Below, one piece after another: positions 40,152 to 51,017 of a DNA stretch of 64,000 nucleotides. The translations under genes and the position numbers were made by a program. Source of the stretch: Candidatus Iainarchaeum sp. (lineage in GTDB: Archaea > Iainarchaeota > Iainarchaeia > Iainarchaeales > JAGVWC01); NCBI GenBank assembly GCA_018304465.1, contig JAGVWC010000010.1:32001-96000 (forward strand), read 5' to 3'. The notes under the pieces are model-generated. The model was not told the origin of the DNA, ran no database searches, and was given only the letters and a program-made list of their open reading frames with translations. Position 1 is the first letter of the stretch. The number at the start of each line of letters is the position of its first letter.

Positions 40152-41078
40152 TTATTTGATCATTCCAAAATACATCTGTTCGACAATCGTCCAGTATTTT
40201 TCAGGCAAATCCGGCGCCACGAACTGTTCCGGCGGCACCGCATAATAGACCACCCGGTCTCCCACGCCACCGGTTTGAATCATCGGAAACGAATTCCCCA
40301 AATTCCGGTTGTCTTGGGTAATCAAATTGCCTTCCCAATCAAGCGTTAACACCCGCGTCGACGGCACATCATCAATCGGGCGCACAATCGCATAATCCCC
40401 GCGCAACACCAATCCTTCGCGCAAACCATACACCAAGGGATGATCGCGCTCTTGATCCAACCGCAAAATTCCCTGCCAAGGCCGTGTCTGCGAACACGCT
40501 TTGACTTCACAAAACCGGGCCACGTATCCGACGGACAAAAACTGGTCAAACGCCACGATCCGATCATATTCTTTGCGACGCCACGGATTAATCGGAACCG
40601 GGTTCGTCGAATTCAAATCCGGATCCTCGCTTTCAAGCAACAACGCGTCTCCCGGCGCAATTTGGGTTCCTGCGTCGCCGGTCCACACCAATCGTCCGCC
40701 TGAATTCACGTACTCCATAAACATCTTGAGTTTGCCCGTACTCATGGTCCGCGACCGTTCCACAATCACCAAATCATACCGCTTGATATTCCCCAGATTC
40801 ACCAAATCCAACCGCGACATCGCGGCTTGCACGCCGGCATGCTGCGGATCCCCCAAGGCTTGCCGCAACAAGTCCGGATCTCCCATGCCCTGGCCGCCGT
40901 CAATAATCAATACGCGCGGAGGCCCTCCGCGGGTAATCAACCAATACGCGTCACACCAACCCGGCACCGCGGCACAACGCAAAACCCCGGTCCACGTCAA
41001 CAAATACAATAACCCCAACACCAAGCCCACGAGCACGACGAGATGAAAAAGATCCTTGGTTGTTTGGCGATAATCCAT
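40152..41078 (-). CDS. N-anchored membrane protein, distant paralog of downstream gene
   Basis: TM helix; YDLVIV...YVNSGGRLV; RVVYY. Confidence 0.6.
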   Translation of the reverse strand: MDYRQTTKDLFHLVVLVGLVLGLLYLLTWTGVLRCAAVPGWCDAYWLITRGGPPRVLIIDGGQGMGDPDLLRQALGDPQHAGVQAAMSRLDLVNLGNIKRYDLVIVERSRTMSTGKLKMFMEYVNSGGRLVWTGDAGTQIAPGDALLLESEDPDLNSTNPVPINPWRRKEYDRIVAFDQFLSVGYVARFCEVKACSQTRPWQGILRLDQERDHPLVYGLREGLVLRGDYAIVRPIDDVPSTRVLTLDWEGNLITQDNRNLGNSFPMIQTGGVGDRVVYYAVPPEQFVAPDLPEKYWTIVEQMYFGMIK

Positions 41079-41171
41079 ATTCAAAACACCGGGAAAAGCG
41101 TTCCAATACCTTTTTATGGTTTTCAATATAATAAACTTATTGGAAACAAAACCACTATTTGGAGAAAAAAC

Positions 41172-41348
41172 ATGGTTAAACTACAACAAAACCAAGGTGC
41201 CGGAGGACCCAGTTCCTCGCTTGGGATCATGCGATTTTTCGACGTGGAAACCGGCGGACCCAAATTGTCCCCGCAATTCGTCGTCGGACTCAGCGTCGCG
41301 TTCGTGATTCTCATTATGGTACTACGCATCACGATTTTTAAGAGTTGA
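41172..41348 (+). CDS. Preprotein translocase subunit Sec61beta
   Basis: SSLGIMRFFD...PKLSP..VV plus single TM. Confidence 0.85.
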   Translation: MVKLQQNQGAGGPSSSLGIMRFFDVETGGPKLSPQFVVGLSVAFVILIMVLRITIFKS

Positions 41349-42213
41349 ATCCGTTTTTTGTTCCGCCGCCGCCCCGACGCTTAAATCGGCGGCCCATCGG
41401 TTCAAACGACGGATCAACATCCGCTTCTTCGATCGCCATTTTCGCGCGACTCGCTTCAAGAACCTTGCGAGAATACACCATCCGACTCGCGAACGGCTGA
41501 AGCAACACCGGTTTTTTCGGATCCATTTTTTTTCCGAGCGCGATGCGATCCATCTGTTCATGATTAATCACCCACGCCTGCAAATCCCCATGCCGGTTCA
41601 CCATCAGTCCCGCCGCCACGAGATCCTTGATTGTCAAGGTCGCGCGCAAACGCGCGTCTCCGCGAACCTCTTTGGGAGAAAGTTTCGAATAATTCTTCTG
41701 AACGAATTCGCGAAGTTTGTCGGCAGGACACAAATACACGTGCGTAGGCGTGATGAACAAAAATTCCGTGGCGACATTGTTCATCAGCGCTCTGTTCAAC
41801 ACCTTGATATTCGAAAAAGTTCCCATGTTGGCGCCGTTAAGCGTTCCCTTGACTTCGACAAAATGCTGACCGTCACGGGAAACAAAATCGACCCCCATGT
41901 TGTTTTTGGGAGTTCGATGAAAATCCGCCAAAATCCGCGCGGCAAGTTCTTCATACTCCGCCCCATGCCGATGGGCCATCAACGCAAAAGACTCTTTTTT
42001 AAGCGACCGCTTTTTTCGCACGGGTTTTCCCTGATGCGCTTCATGCTGTTGTAGCGGCGGCTTTTGCTTTGAAAACGAAAGATTGTTCCGAATATCATGA
42101 GTCAGTTGTCTCATACCCGACGAAAACGGGACTTTTCCCTTGAACCTGCCTTTTTTTCGGGGACCAAACCCGCGTTCCGGCCCGCCGCCAGAAGAACTGC
42201 GTCCTTTGCCCAT
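41338..42213 (-). CDS. Basic orphan with PD-(D/E)XK nuclease-like motif
   Basis: GAEYE...GVDF...FVEVKG; Arg/Lys/Gly-rich termini. Confidence 0.55.
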   Translation of the reverse strand: MGKGRSSSGGGPERGFGPRKKGRFKGKVPFSSGMRQLTHDIRNNLSFSKQKPPLQQHEAHQGKPVRKKRSLKKESFALMAHRHGAEYEELAARILADFHRTPKNNMGVDFVSRDGQHFVEVKGTLNGANMGTFSNIKVLNRALMNNVATEFLFITPTHVYLCPADKLREFVQKNYSKLSPKEVRGDARLRATLTIKDLVAAGLMVNRHGDLQAWVINHEQMDRIALGKKMDPKKPVLLQPFASRMVYSRKVLEASRAKMAIEEADVDPSFEPMGRRFKRRGGGGTKNGFNS

Positions 42214-42220
42214 ATAATGG

Positions 42221-45088
42221 TTATTTATCACTCAAGCGAATAAAAAAGCTTCGTTTGATCAGGAGTTTCAATTCGCCAGTACCAGGAACGATTTTGACGC
42301 GCGCGTCCGATTCCAATTGTTTTGAAAAACGCTTCACGAAACCCGCATCCGTGGAACCCAGTTCCAGAACCGCCAAGGCGTCTTGCTGGAGTTTGGCGGC
42401 TTTCCGGGCGTCCTGAACCAATCGACGCAATTCCATGTATTCCCATTCGTCTTCAAGGTTCGCGTCCGCGGACACGTCCAAAAACACGGTAAACCCGTCT
42501 CCTTGTTTTGAAGCAAAAATTCCTTTCGGAGGAAACTTTGATTCTGACGCTTTTTTCACGTTGGCCTGGCTTTCAAGCACCGGCAACACCCGACCAAACG
42601 TTTTTCCGGTTTTCGTCACGACCACGAGTTCACGCAATGGCCAGCGCAATTTTTTCTTTTGTTCTTCGCGCAAAGCAAGCGAAATCTGAACGACTTCCGA
42701 CAATTTTCCAAACGCGGACTCAAGCTCCAAATCCTGATGCTTGGAGTCGAACACCGGAAGCAAATTCAAATGCACGCTTTTGAACATCTTTTCGCTTTTT
42801 CCGTGCAAATAAAAATGCTCGGACACATGCGGACACAACGGAGAAAGCAACCGGATCACGGAAAACAAAGCAAAACTCATGACCCGCGAAAGATCCGACG
42901 AATCGCCCACTTTTGCGCGATCGCGAATCAATTTGATGTAGGTACGCGACAAATCATTGATCACGAATGCTTCCAGCACATTGGCGACCCGGAAAAACTC
43001 GTACTTGTTATACGCCTCCGAACACGCTTTGATGACCGAATGCGTGCGGCTTAAAAGCCACCGGTCTTCCAGGCCAGACACTTTGGGCGCGGATTCATTG
43101 GACGCAAAATCCAAGTCCAAATACAACGCCGCGTAATTATAACTGTTCCAAAGAATCGAAAAAAACTTGTGAATCTCCGAAAACGCTTCCCAGTCAAACA
43201 CGATGTCGTCTCCGCCGCTGACTTGCGACAAATAAAACCGCAAATAATCCCGCGAATATTTTTCAATGACTTCACCGGGAGACACGATGTTTCCCTGGGA
43301 CTTGGACATTTTTTTCTTGGCCAAATCCAAGACCATGCCATGCACGGCCACGGCTTTGAAGGGTTTTTGGTCAAAACAAATCTGGGAACAAATCAATTCG
43401 CTGTTCCACCAGCCGCGAAACTGATCCGTGGCCTCGATATTCAAATCCGCCGGCCAGAACTTCTTGAACAAATCGGTTTTCGCCGGATACCCCAAGGCCG
43501 CCCAGCTTGAAACCCCCGAATCAAACCATACATCCAGCACATGGGAAACGCGTTTTTGGACACCACCGCATGTTTTGCATTTAATCGTAATCTGGTCGAT
43601 CCACGGCTTGTGCAAATCCATGTCTTTGGGCAATTTCGTCAACGATTCCAATTCTTTTTTGCTTCCCACCACTGTTTTTTCATCGCATTTTTCACACACC
43701 CAAATCGGCAACGGCGTTCCCCAATACCGGCTGCGCGACACCGGCCAATCGCTTAATCCTTCCAACCACCCATTCATGCGCCCCTTCATTCTGGCCGGAA
43801 CCCACTCCACGGACTGGTTTTCCTTAACCAAATCGCTTCGGAATTTTGAAATCCGAAAAAACCACTGGGGCACCGACATCTGCAACAACGGGGATTTATC
43901 GCGCCAGCACACGGGATAATCATGCGAATACGGATGCTCCAGCACCAACGCGTTCAAATCTTTCAAATCATCGATGATTTCGCGGTCCACCACCCGCGCT
44001 TTTTTTCCAGCGTATTTACCCGTTTCGGGTTTTAGATTCCCGTTTAATTCCACTGGCGAAATCGCGGGCAGACCCGCTTTGGTTCCCGCGTCAAAATCTT
44101 CTTTTCCGTGACCGGGCGCCGTATGCACCAAACCGGTTCCGTCTTCCACCGTCACATACCGATCCGATAAAATCACGCGATAAGCGTTCTCGAGTTTTCC
44201 CAGTTTCAGATGATTCGAAAGCGGGTTTTCGTACTTTGTTCCTTCCAGTTCTTTTCCCGGAAACGTTTTCAAAATCACATACCCCGCTTCCAAGGCGTCC
44301 ATCAACGGCACTAACCGATCCTTGGCCACAATCCAAATCTCGGCGCCAACCTGGGCTTCAACGTATTCGTATTTCGGATGCACCATAACCCCTGTGTTTC
44401 CCGGCAATGTCCACGGTGTCGTGGTCCAAATCACCAAAAACCGATTGTCGCTTTCCTTGACCTTGAACTTGACATAAATCGACGAATCGGTTTGCTTAAC
44501 GTATTCAATTTCATTGAACGCGACCGCGGTTTCACAATGCGGACACACGTGCACGGGATACAACCCCAAATACAACAAATTTTTTTCATGGGCTTTTTTG
44601 AAGGTCCACCACACGGCTTCAATATACTCGTTTTTGTACGTAATATACGGATTATCCCAATCCATCCACACGCCCAAGTCCTCAAACTGTTGGTTCATCA
44701 CGGGAATAAACTGCGACGCGAAAAGACGGCATTCTTCAATGAATTTTTCAACCCCAAAAGACTCGATATCGGTTTTGGATTTGAACCCCAATTTTTGTTC
44801 CACTTTGAATTCAATCGGAACCCCATGGGTATCATACCCCGGGCGATCAAACACGTCAAACCCTTGCATGCGCTTGGACCGCATCGCGATGTCTTTCAGG
44901 GTTTTGTTTAACGCCGTGCCCATATGAATGTTTCCCGTTGCGTACGGAGGCCCATCCATGAAATAAAACTTTTTCTCGGATTTTTTGTACTGCGCCCGCG
45001 CTTCGGAGGACACGTTGTTTTTTTTCCAGTACGCCGCAACAGCTTCTTCGCTTTGATGCGAAAACGGTCCCAATTGTTTTTTTGGCAT
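42221..45088 (-). CDS. ileS: Isoleucine--tRNA ligase
   Basis: DGPPYATG.HMGT, WTTTPWTLP, GTGLVH.APGHG, WFDSG, KMSKS. Confidence 0.97.
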   Translation of the reverse strand: MPKKQLGPFSHQSEEAVAAYWKKNNVSSEARAQYKKSEKKFYFMDGPPYATGNIHMGTALNKTLKDIAMRSKRMQGFDVFDRPGYDTHGVPIEFKVEQKLGFKSKTDIESFGVEKFIEECRLFASQFIPVMNQQFEDLGVWMDWDNPYITYKNEYIEAVWWTFKKAHEKNLLYLGLYPVHVCPHCETAVAFNEIEYVKQTDSSIYVKFKVKESDNRFLVIWTTTPWTLPGNTGVMVHPKYEYVEAQVGAEIWIVAKDRLVPLMDALEAGYVILKTFPGKELEGTKYENPLSNHLKLGKLENAYRVILSDRYVTVEDGTGLVHTAPGHGKEDFDAGTKAGLPAISPVELNGNLKPETGKYAGKKARVVDREIIDDLKDLNALVLEHPYSHDYPVCWRDKSPLLQMSVPQWFFRISKFRSDLVKENQSVEWVPARMKGRMNGWLEGLSDWPVSRSRYWGTPLPIWVCEKCDEKTVVGSKKELESLTKLPKDMDLHKPWIDQITIKCKTCGGVQKRVSHVLDVWFDSGVSSWAALGYPAKTDLFKKFWPADLNIEATDQFRGWWNSELICSQICFDQKPFKAVAVHGMVLDLAKKKMSKSQGNIVSPGEVIEKYSRDYLRFYLSQVSGGDDIVFDWEAFSEIHKFFSILWNSYNYAALYLDLDFASNESAPKVSGLEDRWLLSRTHSVIKACSEAYNKYEFFRVANVLEAFVINDLSRTYIKLIRDRAKVGDSSDLSRVMSFALFSVIRLLSPLCPHVSEHFYLHGKSEKMFKSVHLNLLPVFDSKHQDLELESAFGKLSEVVQISLALREEQKKKLRWPLRELVVVTKTGKTFGRVLPVLESQANVKKASESKFPPKGIFASKQGDGFTVFLDVSADANLEDEWEYMELRRLVQDARKAAKLQQDALAVLELGSTDAGFVKRFSKQLESDARVKIVPGTGELKLLIKRSFFIRLSDK

Positions 45089-45117
45089 ACTTATCAACAC
45101 ATAGAGTTGTTTTTTAT

Positions 45118-45399
45118 TCAATTCTTGTACACATCATCGTGATGCCTGAAACGGTCAAAAAGAATATGCTGCTCTTTTTTGAATACTCTGAATATCAAAA
45201 CGAAATTCCGGTTCACATGAACCCGCTTATAATCTGAGAAATCATACCGAAGGTTCTTATAATGCTCGATCGTGTGCAAATCACACGAAACAATTTGCTT
45301 TATTTTTTTCTGCAATGCTTCCGCTGTGACTTTGTCCTTCTTCGCCAGCACCCCGATGGTTGCTTTCAATTCATCGGACAAGTCGTAGGAAAACGTCAT
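45118..45399 (-). CDS. RelE/YafQ-type mRNA interferase toxin
   Basis: YKNLRYD...KRVHV..FVLIF...HHDDVY. Confidence 0.85.
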   Translation of the reverse strand: MTFSYDLSDELKATIGVLAKKDKVTAEALQKKIKQIVSCDLHTIEHYKNLRYDFSDYKRVHVNRNFVLIFRVFKKEQHILFDRFRHHDDVYKN

Positions 45400-45651
45400 T
45401 TAGCGGCCTTCAAAAAGTGCATCAAGTTCTTTTTCGGACATTTTGCGTAAGCCGTATTTCTTAACGTGTTGCTCCGTGGAATTAATAACTTCTCGGATCA
45501 CTTCATCACGTACCTCGCGGTCTATAAATTCAGACCCATACATTTCCGCGAATTTGTCCAAGGCTTCTCCTTTGTCGGTCAACCCGTATTTTTCCTTAAC
45601 AACACCCAAGACCCGACTGGTATACTCCTTGACCTTTAGATTCATGGTCAC
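45400..45651 (-). CDS. DUF2683-like antitoxin
   Basis: RVLGVVKEKYGLTDKGEAL; abuts toxin; start uncertain. Confidence 0.75.
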   Translation of the reverse strand: MTMNLKVKEYTSRVLGVVKEKYGLTDKGEALDKFAEMYGSEFIDREVRDEVIREVINSTEQHVKKYGLRKMSEKELDALFEGR

Positions 45652-45727
45652 TTCCTTCTTCAATAATACCACCTAACATAAAATAAGTTAAAATAATTTA
45701 TAAACGCACACGTGAATTCATCCGAAA

Positions 45728-45802
45728 TGGACGGGGCGGGATTCGGACCCGCGACCTTTGGCTTATAAGACCAATGCTCTAGCCAGGCTGAGCTACCTGT
45801 CC
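45728..45802 (-). tRNA. tRNA-Ile(UAU); CCA not encoded
   Basis: GGACAGG/CCCGTCC-A acceptor (A5-C68 mismatch), GCTC/GAGC D-stem, TTGGT-CTTATAA-GCCAA anticodon arm, GCGGG-TCCGAAT-CCCGC T-arm. Confidence 0.9.
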
Positions 45803-46102
45803 CACGGCTTTTTTTGAAAAGGCCGGCGAAAAACAACCGAAGAAAAAAACACGGTTGTTTCAAGTGAAAAAAAAGACGTTGTTTGGAAATTTAATAACGA
45901 GGGATCACTCAACGAATCAGCATTACAGGAAAATTTCTGAATCCCTTCTGCGTATTTCTAAATCCCTTCTCATACCCAAAACACGCAATAAACGCTTTTA
46001 AAAGGCATCGATTGGCATCGTGGCCCAACCAAGAAAACGAATTCGCAAGGAAAAAAGGTTTTCCACAGACTTTAAATACAAAAAAGCCCCCTAGTGTTTT
46101 TC

Positions 46103-46805
46103 ATGAAAAACCAGTGGAAAAGCCTCGCCGAAATTCCGGCGTCGGAATGGATCCAATTACAACGCCGGGTGGAAAAAGCGAACGGCAGAGTGGTGGTGCT
46201 CGTGCACCCGTTTTTTGGCGACGTCAAAAATTTAACGGGACCGGAAAAATACGAACGATACCGGCAAGCGGTTTCGGCGCTTTTACATCAATCCAAAGTA
46301 CCGGTAGTGATTCTGGAAGAATACAAAAAAACCGGCAGACTCGCGTCGGAACTGAAAGCGCGAAACGAACACGTGCTGATACTGCCAACCAACACCAATG
46401 AACCTCATTTGGTCCTCAGCTTTGACAAAGACCAAGAACCGCTTCCGGATGAAGCGTACAAGGAACTATCCAAACACCTGCGTTTTGCGGGCGCAAAATT
46501 CGTTTCCATCGGAGGATGTATACGGATAAATGGCTGTTTCGATCCGATGTGATCCGGTTCCACGAACAAAAATGGCTTCCGAAAAACCGGCGGCCAGAAG
46601 GCCGCTATTGGAGTTCATGTGCCGGCGATGTTTACATCGGGCTGATTCAATCGGGAAAAATCGAAAAAGTCCGCCTGATTCCCAAAGCCGTGTACCCGTA
46701 CAAACCCAGGTATACGATTCGACCCAAACCCAAGCCGATCAAACGATTCATTCGAAAACAAACCCGACGCATCCGAAAATATTTTTGCGGATCGGAAAAA
46801 AATAG
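46103..46805 (+). pseudogene. Basic orphan gene apparently frameshifted near 46516 (pseudogene or assembly error)
   Basis: Frame ending ...FVSIGG continues plausibly as MYTDKW...SSCAG... in the overlapping frame, which then lacks a stop before the convergent ssb. Confidence 0.45.
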
Positions 46806-46824
46806 AAAAAAAAGAAGAGGATAC

Positions 46825-47592
46825 CTAGTACCCTTCTTCATCTTCGCGATCATTGCGCGAACCGCGGTTTTGACCGCCGCGACCGCCCGGCATCGGGCGC
46901 TGTTTGAATTCTTTTTGGCTCATCGCGTTTTCTTCATTGACGTTATCGACTTCTTCGTCCGCCGGATCCAGGGTTCCGTTTCGGCCGAGATTCAACCGCA
47001 ACGATTTTTGGAACAACGACGTGAACGCGTTTCCGATTTTATAGGATTTTCCGACTTCGACTTTTTCGATGCCCTCATCCCAGAGCGTCAAGAGAATCGT
47101 TCCCGAATCGTCTCCGATCAACGCTTCCGTGACGCGATGCGTGGAATTATCGTTTTTGCTCGATACTTCGCGCACCTCGTTTTTGGACAAGGCTTTCACG
47201 ATCACATCGACTTTGCGCAAATACGGTTTCAAATCACCGATTTTTAGGAGCGGAACCTGCGCTTCGCTCACATTGGTTTCCTCGTTCACGACGACTTCTT
47301 CGTCGGTTTCCTCAATCGAACCGTTTCGACCCAGATTCAACCGAAGCGACTTTTGGAACAAGGACGTGAAGGCGTTTTGGATGCGATACGCTTTTCCCGA
47401 AGCAATCCGGTCAATGCCGTCGTCCCACAACGTGAGCAACACGGTTCCGGAATCGTCCCCAACCAGGGCCTCCGTCACGCGATGACGGGACCCGTCTTGC
47501 TTGGACGCGACTTCCCGCACTTCGTTTAACGAAAGCACCTTGACCAAAAGGTCGACGTTTTTTGCGAATGGACGCAGATCAGCTATTTTCAT
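46825..47592 (-). CDS. ssb: Single-stranded DNA-binding protein with two near-duplicate OB folds and acidic tail
   Basis: Twice KI.DL.P...HRVTEAL.GDDSGT.LLTLWD...NAFTSLFQKSLRLNLGRNG; GGAGG SD. Confidence 0.88.
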   Translation of the reverse strand: MKIADLRPFAKNVDLLVKVLSLNEVREVASKQDGSRHRVTEALVGDDSGTVLLTLWDDGIDRIASGKAYRIQNAFTSLFQKSLRLNLGRNGSIEETDEEVVVNEETNVSEAQVPLLKIGDLKPYLRKVDVIVKALSKNEVREVSSKNDNSTHRVTEALIGDDSGTILLTLWDEGIEKVEVGKSYKIGNAFTSLFQKSLRLNLGRNGTLDPADEEVDNVNEENAMSQKEFKQRPMPGGRGGQNRGSRNDREDEEGY

Positions 47593-47731
47593 GTGAATTT
47601 CCTCCGAAGTGAATTGTTAATCATACTGGCTAACCGATCCATTTGAATCAATTAAGTCAGGAATATGTGCACAAAAGTTTATTTAAAAAGGATGTGAAAA
47701 AAACAAAAAAAGGAAAAAAAGTGTGGGAGAA

Positions 47732-48421
47732 TTACTTTCCCACTTCTTTTCGAAGATCGTTAGCCAATTGAACAATGTCCTTGCGAAACGCAAGCACAAA
47801 GACCAAACCAGCCAAAATCGCCAAACCGAACACCATTGCCGAAAACCCGACAATGAACGCATCGGTCAAAATCTTGGTATTGATTCCCACGGTCTGCAGC
47901 GAAATAACCGCCGAGACGTAGATGATCATTACTTCGATTACCACTGCGATGGTCTTCTTGTACTGATATTCCGTTGATTCCACAACGTTTCGCACATAGC
48001 GCGCCAACAGCAATCCGCCGACCAGAATAATCATCGCCGCAATCAGCGAGTTGATGAAACTGATCAGGAATTCGGTGAAGCTACGCAATACGCGCATCTG
48101 GATCAAATCCAGCGACTGCGCCAAAAAGATCACGATCACATACCACTTGGCAAAGCTTCCGAAAATCGACGACAATTCGCGGTTGCCGAGCGCGTCATGC
48201 AATTTTTTTTCGCGCAACCAGTCATCGGCTTTCGTGCTCTGAATGACACCCGTAACGAATTTCTTGACGTATTTTCCGATGAACACACCGACCGTCAACA
48301 AAACCGCGGCACCAATCAGGCCCGGAATGACCCGGATCACATCGGAGACAATATTGGTTGTGGCTGAAACCAAATTCGCTCCCACCTGGCGCAAATACTC
48401 CTGTAAAAAGTCCACAGCCAT
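47732..48421 (-). CDS. MscS-associated TM-helix repeat (CmpX-like) membrane protein
   Basis: PGLIGAAVLL.VG / LIAAMIILVGG repeats. Confidence 0.7.
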   Translation of the reverse strand: MAVDFLQEYLRQVGANLVSATTNIVSDVIRVIPGLIGAAVLLTVGVFIGKYVKKFVTGVIQSTKADDWLREKKLHDALGNRELSSIFGSFAKWYVIVIFLAQSLDLIQMRVLRSFTEFLISFINSLIAAMIILVGGLLLARYVRNVVESTEYQYKKTIAVVIEVMIIYVSAVISLQTVGINTKILTDAFIVGFSAMVFGLAILAGLVFVLAFRKDIVQLANDLRKEVGK

Positions 48422-48558
48422 GAATTAAATCACCTGTACACATAATTATTTCCCAGTTTATAAACGTTTATGTAGCCGCGACCCAAAACAGGTGAATCCG
48501 AAAAAGAGTGTTGGAAAAACAGCGATGATTTCCGATCGCCCAGTACAAATTAAAAAAT

Positions 48559-49068
48559 TCATTGCTTCAGCACTTGAGGACTTGGATCTGATTGGGCGGA
48601 GGATTCCAACACCTCACCGAACAATTTAGAATATGTTTTTGGATACGCCAGCGCCATACTTGCGCAGATAAAATAAAAAACAGGAAAAAGAGTAAGAAAA
48701 AAACTAAGGATTGTTCCTGCAATTACATTAAACCACATCGCAACTGCGATGACCCAACCGAGCGCCGACGCGATCGGAATGATAAAAATTGAAAATAAAA
48801 CGGCTTGCTGCAACGTCCAAAATGGAAAACGCCAAAACCGAATTTTAAATGAACCACCCGGATGCGATCGATCCAGCGCAAGCAAAGTAAAACAATAAAG
48901 GAATACACAACCAAGGCCGATGCCAACGATGGCCCCCCAAAAATACATGACGCCGATAATCCCAGAAATTTTTTCTGTTTGCGTTATCGCAAAAAAAAGT
49001 GCTCCGGCGATAACGGCTAAAAGTAGACCTAAAAGATGGATCCAAAAAACTCTTTCTTGTATATCCAT
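48559..49068 (-). CDS. 4-TM hypothetical membrane protein
   Basis: Hydrophobic helices. Confidence 0.6.
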   Translation of the reverse strand: MDIQERVFWIHLLGLLLAVIAGALFFAITQTEKISGIIGVMYFWGAIVGIGLGCVFLYCFTLLALDRSHPGGSFKIRFWRFPFWTLQQAVLFSIFIIPIASALGWVIAVAMWFNVIAGTILSFFLTLFPVFYFICASMALAYPKTYSKLFGEVLESSAQSDPSPQVLKQ

Positions 49069-49134
49069 GGTTTCGAAACCAAAATGGAGAGTTGTCCAAT
49101 AGGCTTTTACGCCTACTGGACGGTTGGGTTCTCC

Positions 49135-50787
49135 TTACATGTCCATTCCATCCATTCCGCCCATTCCGCCGCCCATTCCACCGGGTGGCATTTTGGATTT
49201 GCTGGAACCGGCGATGATGTCGTCGATACGCAGAATCATTTCCGCGACTTCGGACGCACTCGTGATCGCTTGAATCTTGATGGCTAATGGTTCGAGCACT
49301 TTTTTGGCCGCCATGTCCGCGACTTTCGAATCGAACACGTCGACTCCGAACGCTTTTCCGTCTTTTGCCGCGTGCTTTGAACGCAACGCGACCAAGGTGT
49401 CGATCGGATCCATTCCCGCGGATTCGGCAAGGGTTCGCGGAATCACTTCGAGGGCTTCGGCAAAGGCTTCGATCGCGAGTTGTTCGCGTCCGCCAATGGT
49501 TTTTGCGAATTCGCGTAGTTTCATCGCGACTTCCATTTCCGCGGCGCCTCCGCCGACCACGACTTTTCCGACGCGAATCGAACTTGAGACGGCTCCGATC
49601 GCATCGTGCACCGCGCGTTCGGCTTCATCCACGACGTGTTCCGATCCGCCGCGCACCAACAACGAAACCGATTTCGGGTTCTTGCATTCGTATACGAAAA
49701 CCATGTTGTCGCCCGCGATTTTGCGTTCTTCAACGATTCCCGCGTACCCCAAATCATTCGGCGTCAAATCCTTGATACGCGAAACGATTTTGGCGCCGGT
49801 GGCTTTAACCATGGCATCCATGTCGGATTTTTTCACGCGGCGAACCGCGGCGATTCCTTCTTTGGCTAAAAAATGCTGGGCCAAATCGTCGATTCCTTTC
49901 TGGCAAAACACGACGGTGGCACCGGATTTCTTGATTTGCTCCACCATGTTGCGCAGAAATCCTTCTTCCTGATCCAAAAACGCCTGTAATTGGTCCGGAG
50001 AATTGATTTCGATTTTGGCGTCGTTTTCAGGCTCCTTGATTTCCATGGCGGCGTCCACCAACGCGATTTTCGCTTTTTCAACGCGTTTTGGCATTCCCGA
50101 GTGAACGATTTCCTTGTCAACGACCACGCCTTTGACGAGTTCCGAATCCGTCAATGACGCACCGACTTTTTTTTCGACCTTGATCTGGTCCAAATCAATC
50201 ACGGTTTTTCCGTCTTTTTCTTCCGCGACTTGCTTGACCGCGGTGACGACCAAATTCCCAAGTTCGCTGGCACCTTCCGCGCTTTTTCCAGTCATGGCCA
50301 CCATCGCGATGTCTTTGAGCATGGCCGTGTCTTTGACCGAAATTTCGTTTCCGGTAATATCGTATTCTTCTTTGGCTTTCTTGGCCGCCATGCGATAACC
50401 CTTGATGATGACGGACGAATGAATCTCGTCATCCAATAATTTTTCGGCTTTTTCAAGCAATGTTCCGGCCAGAACGGTTGCGGTCGTGGTTCCGTCGCCG
50501 ACTTCGTTGTCCTGGGTCTTTGCGACTTCCACCATCATTTTTCCCGCGGGATGTTCAATCGACATTTCCTGCAAAATCGTGGCGCCGTCGTTTGAAATCG
50601 TCACGTCGCCGAGTTCGTCGACAATCATTTTGTCCATTCCTTTCGGACCCAAGGTGGAGCGCACCGCGTTCGCGACGGCTTTGGCCACCAGAATGTTAAT
50701 GCGCTGCGCATCCCGACCCCGGGTTCTTTTCGCGCCTTCGCCCAAAAAAATGACTTGTTGGTTGTTTGGATCGACTCCATTTGCCAT
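49135..50787 (-). CDS. ths: Thermosome (group II chaperonin) subunit
   Basis: [32 protein letters not shown] tail. Confidence 0.97.
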   Translation of the reverse strand: MANGVDPNNQQVIFLGEGAKRTRGRDAQRINILVAKAVANAVRSTLGPKGMDKMIVDELGDVTISNDGATILQEMSIEHPAGKMMVEVAKTQDNEVGDGTTTATVLAGTLLEKAEKLLDDEIHSSVIIKGYRMAAKKAKEEYDITGNEISVKDTAMLKDIAMVAMTGKSAEGASELGNLVVTAVKQVAEEKDGKTVIDLDQIKVEKKVGASLTDSELVKGVVVDKEIVHSGMPKRVEKAKIALVDAAMEIKEPENDAKIEINSPDQLQAFLDQEEGFLRNMVEQIKKSGATVVFCQKGIDDLAQHFLAKEGIAAVRRVKKSDMDAMVKATGAKIVSRIKDLTPNDLGYAGIVEERKIAGDNMVFVYECKNPKSVSLLVRGGSEHVVDEAERAVHDAIGAVSSSIRVGKVVVGGGAAEMEVAMKLREFAKTIGGREQLAIEAFAEALEVIPRTLAESAGMDPIDTLVALRSKHAAKDGKAFGVDVFDSKVADMAAKKVLEPLAIKIQAITSASEVAEMILRIDDIIAGSSKSKMPPGGMGGGMGGMDGMDM

Positions 50788-51017
50788 AGATGAATTCCTC
50801 CTAAAGAAAACAAAACGCGTTCAAAACCGCCCAAAACAGACGGAAAACGCCCTATGCATTATTGATGGATATAAATGTTAAAAAACCTTGGTGTACGGCT
50901 TTTTCACGGAAAACAAAAATTCAATCGCTTGGGGCGGCAATCCGCAGGACAGGGCTAAAAAAAACGCCGGAATGACTTTAAACAGAATGGACGATAAACC
51001 CAGGAAGGCAACGAGAT

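Noticed and set aside
45935-45970. Short direct repeat TTCT(G/A)AATCCCTTCT twice
   Set aside because: Only two imperfect copies, with no supporting structure or ORF.
46806-47247. Extension of the + strand ORF 46516..47247 across ssb
   Set aside because: Antisense shadow of ssb; only the part before about 46805 looks coding.
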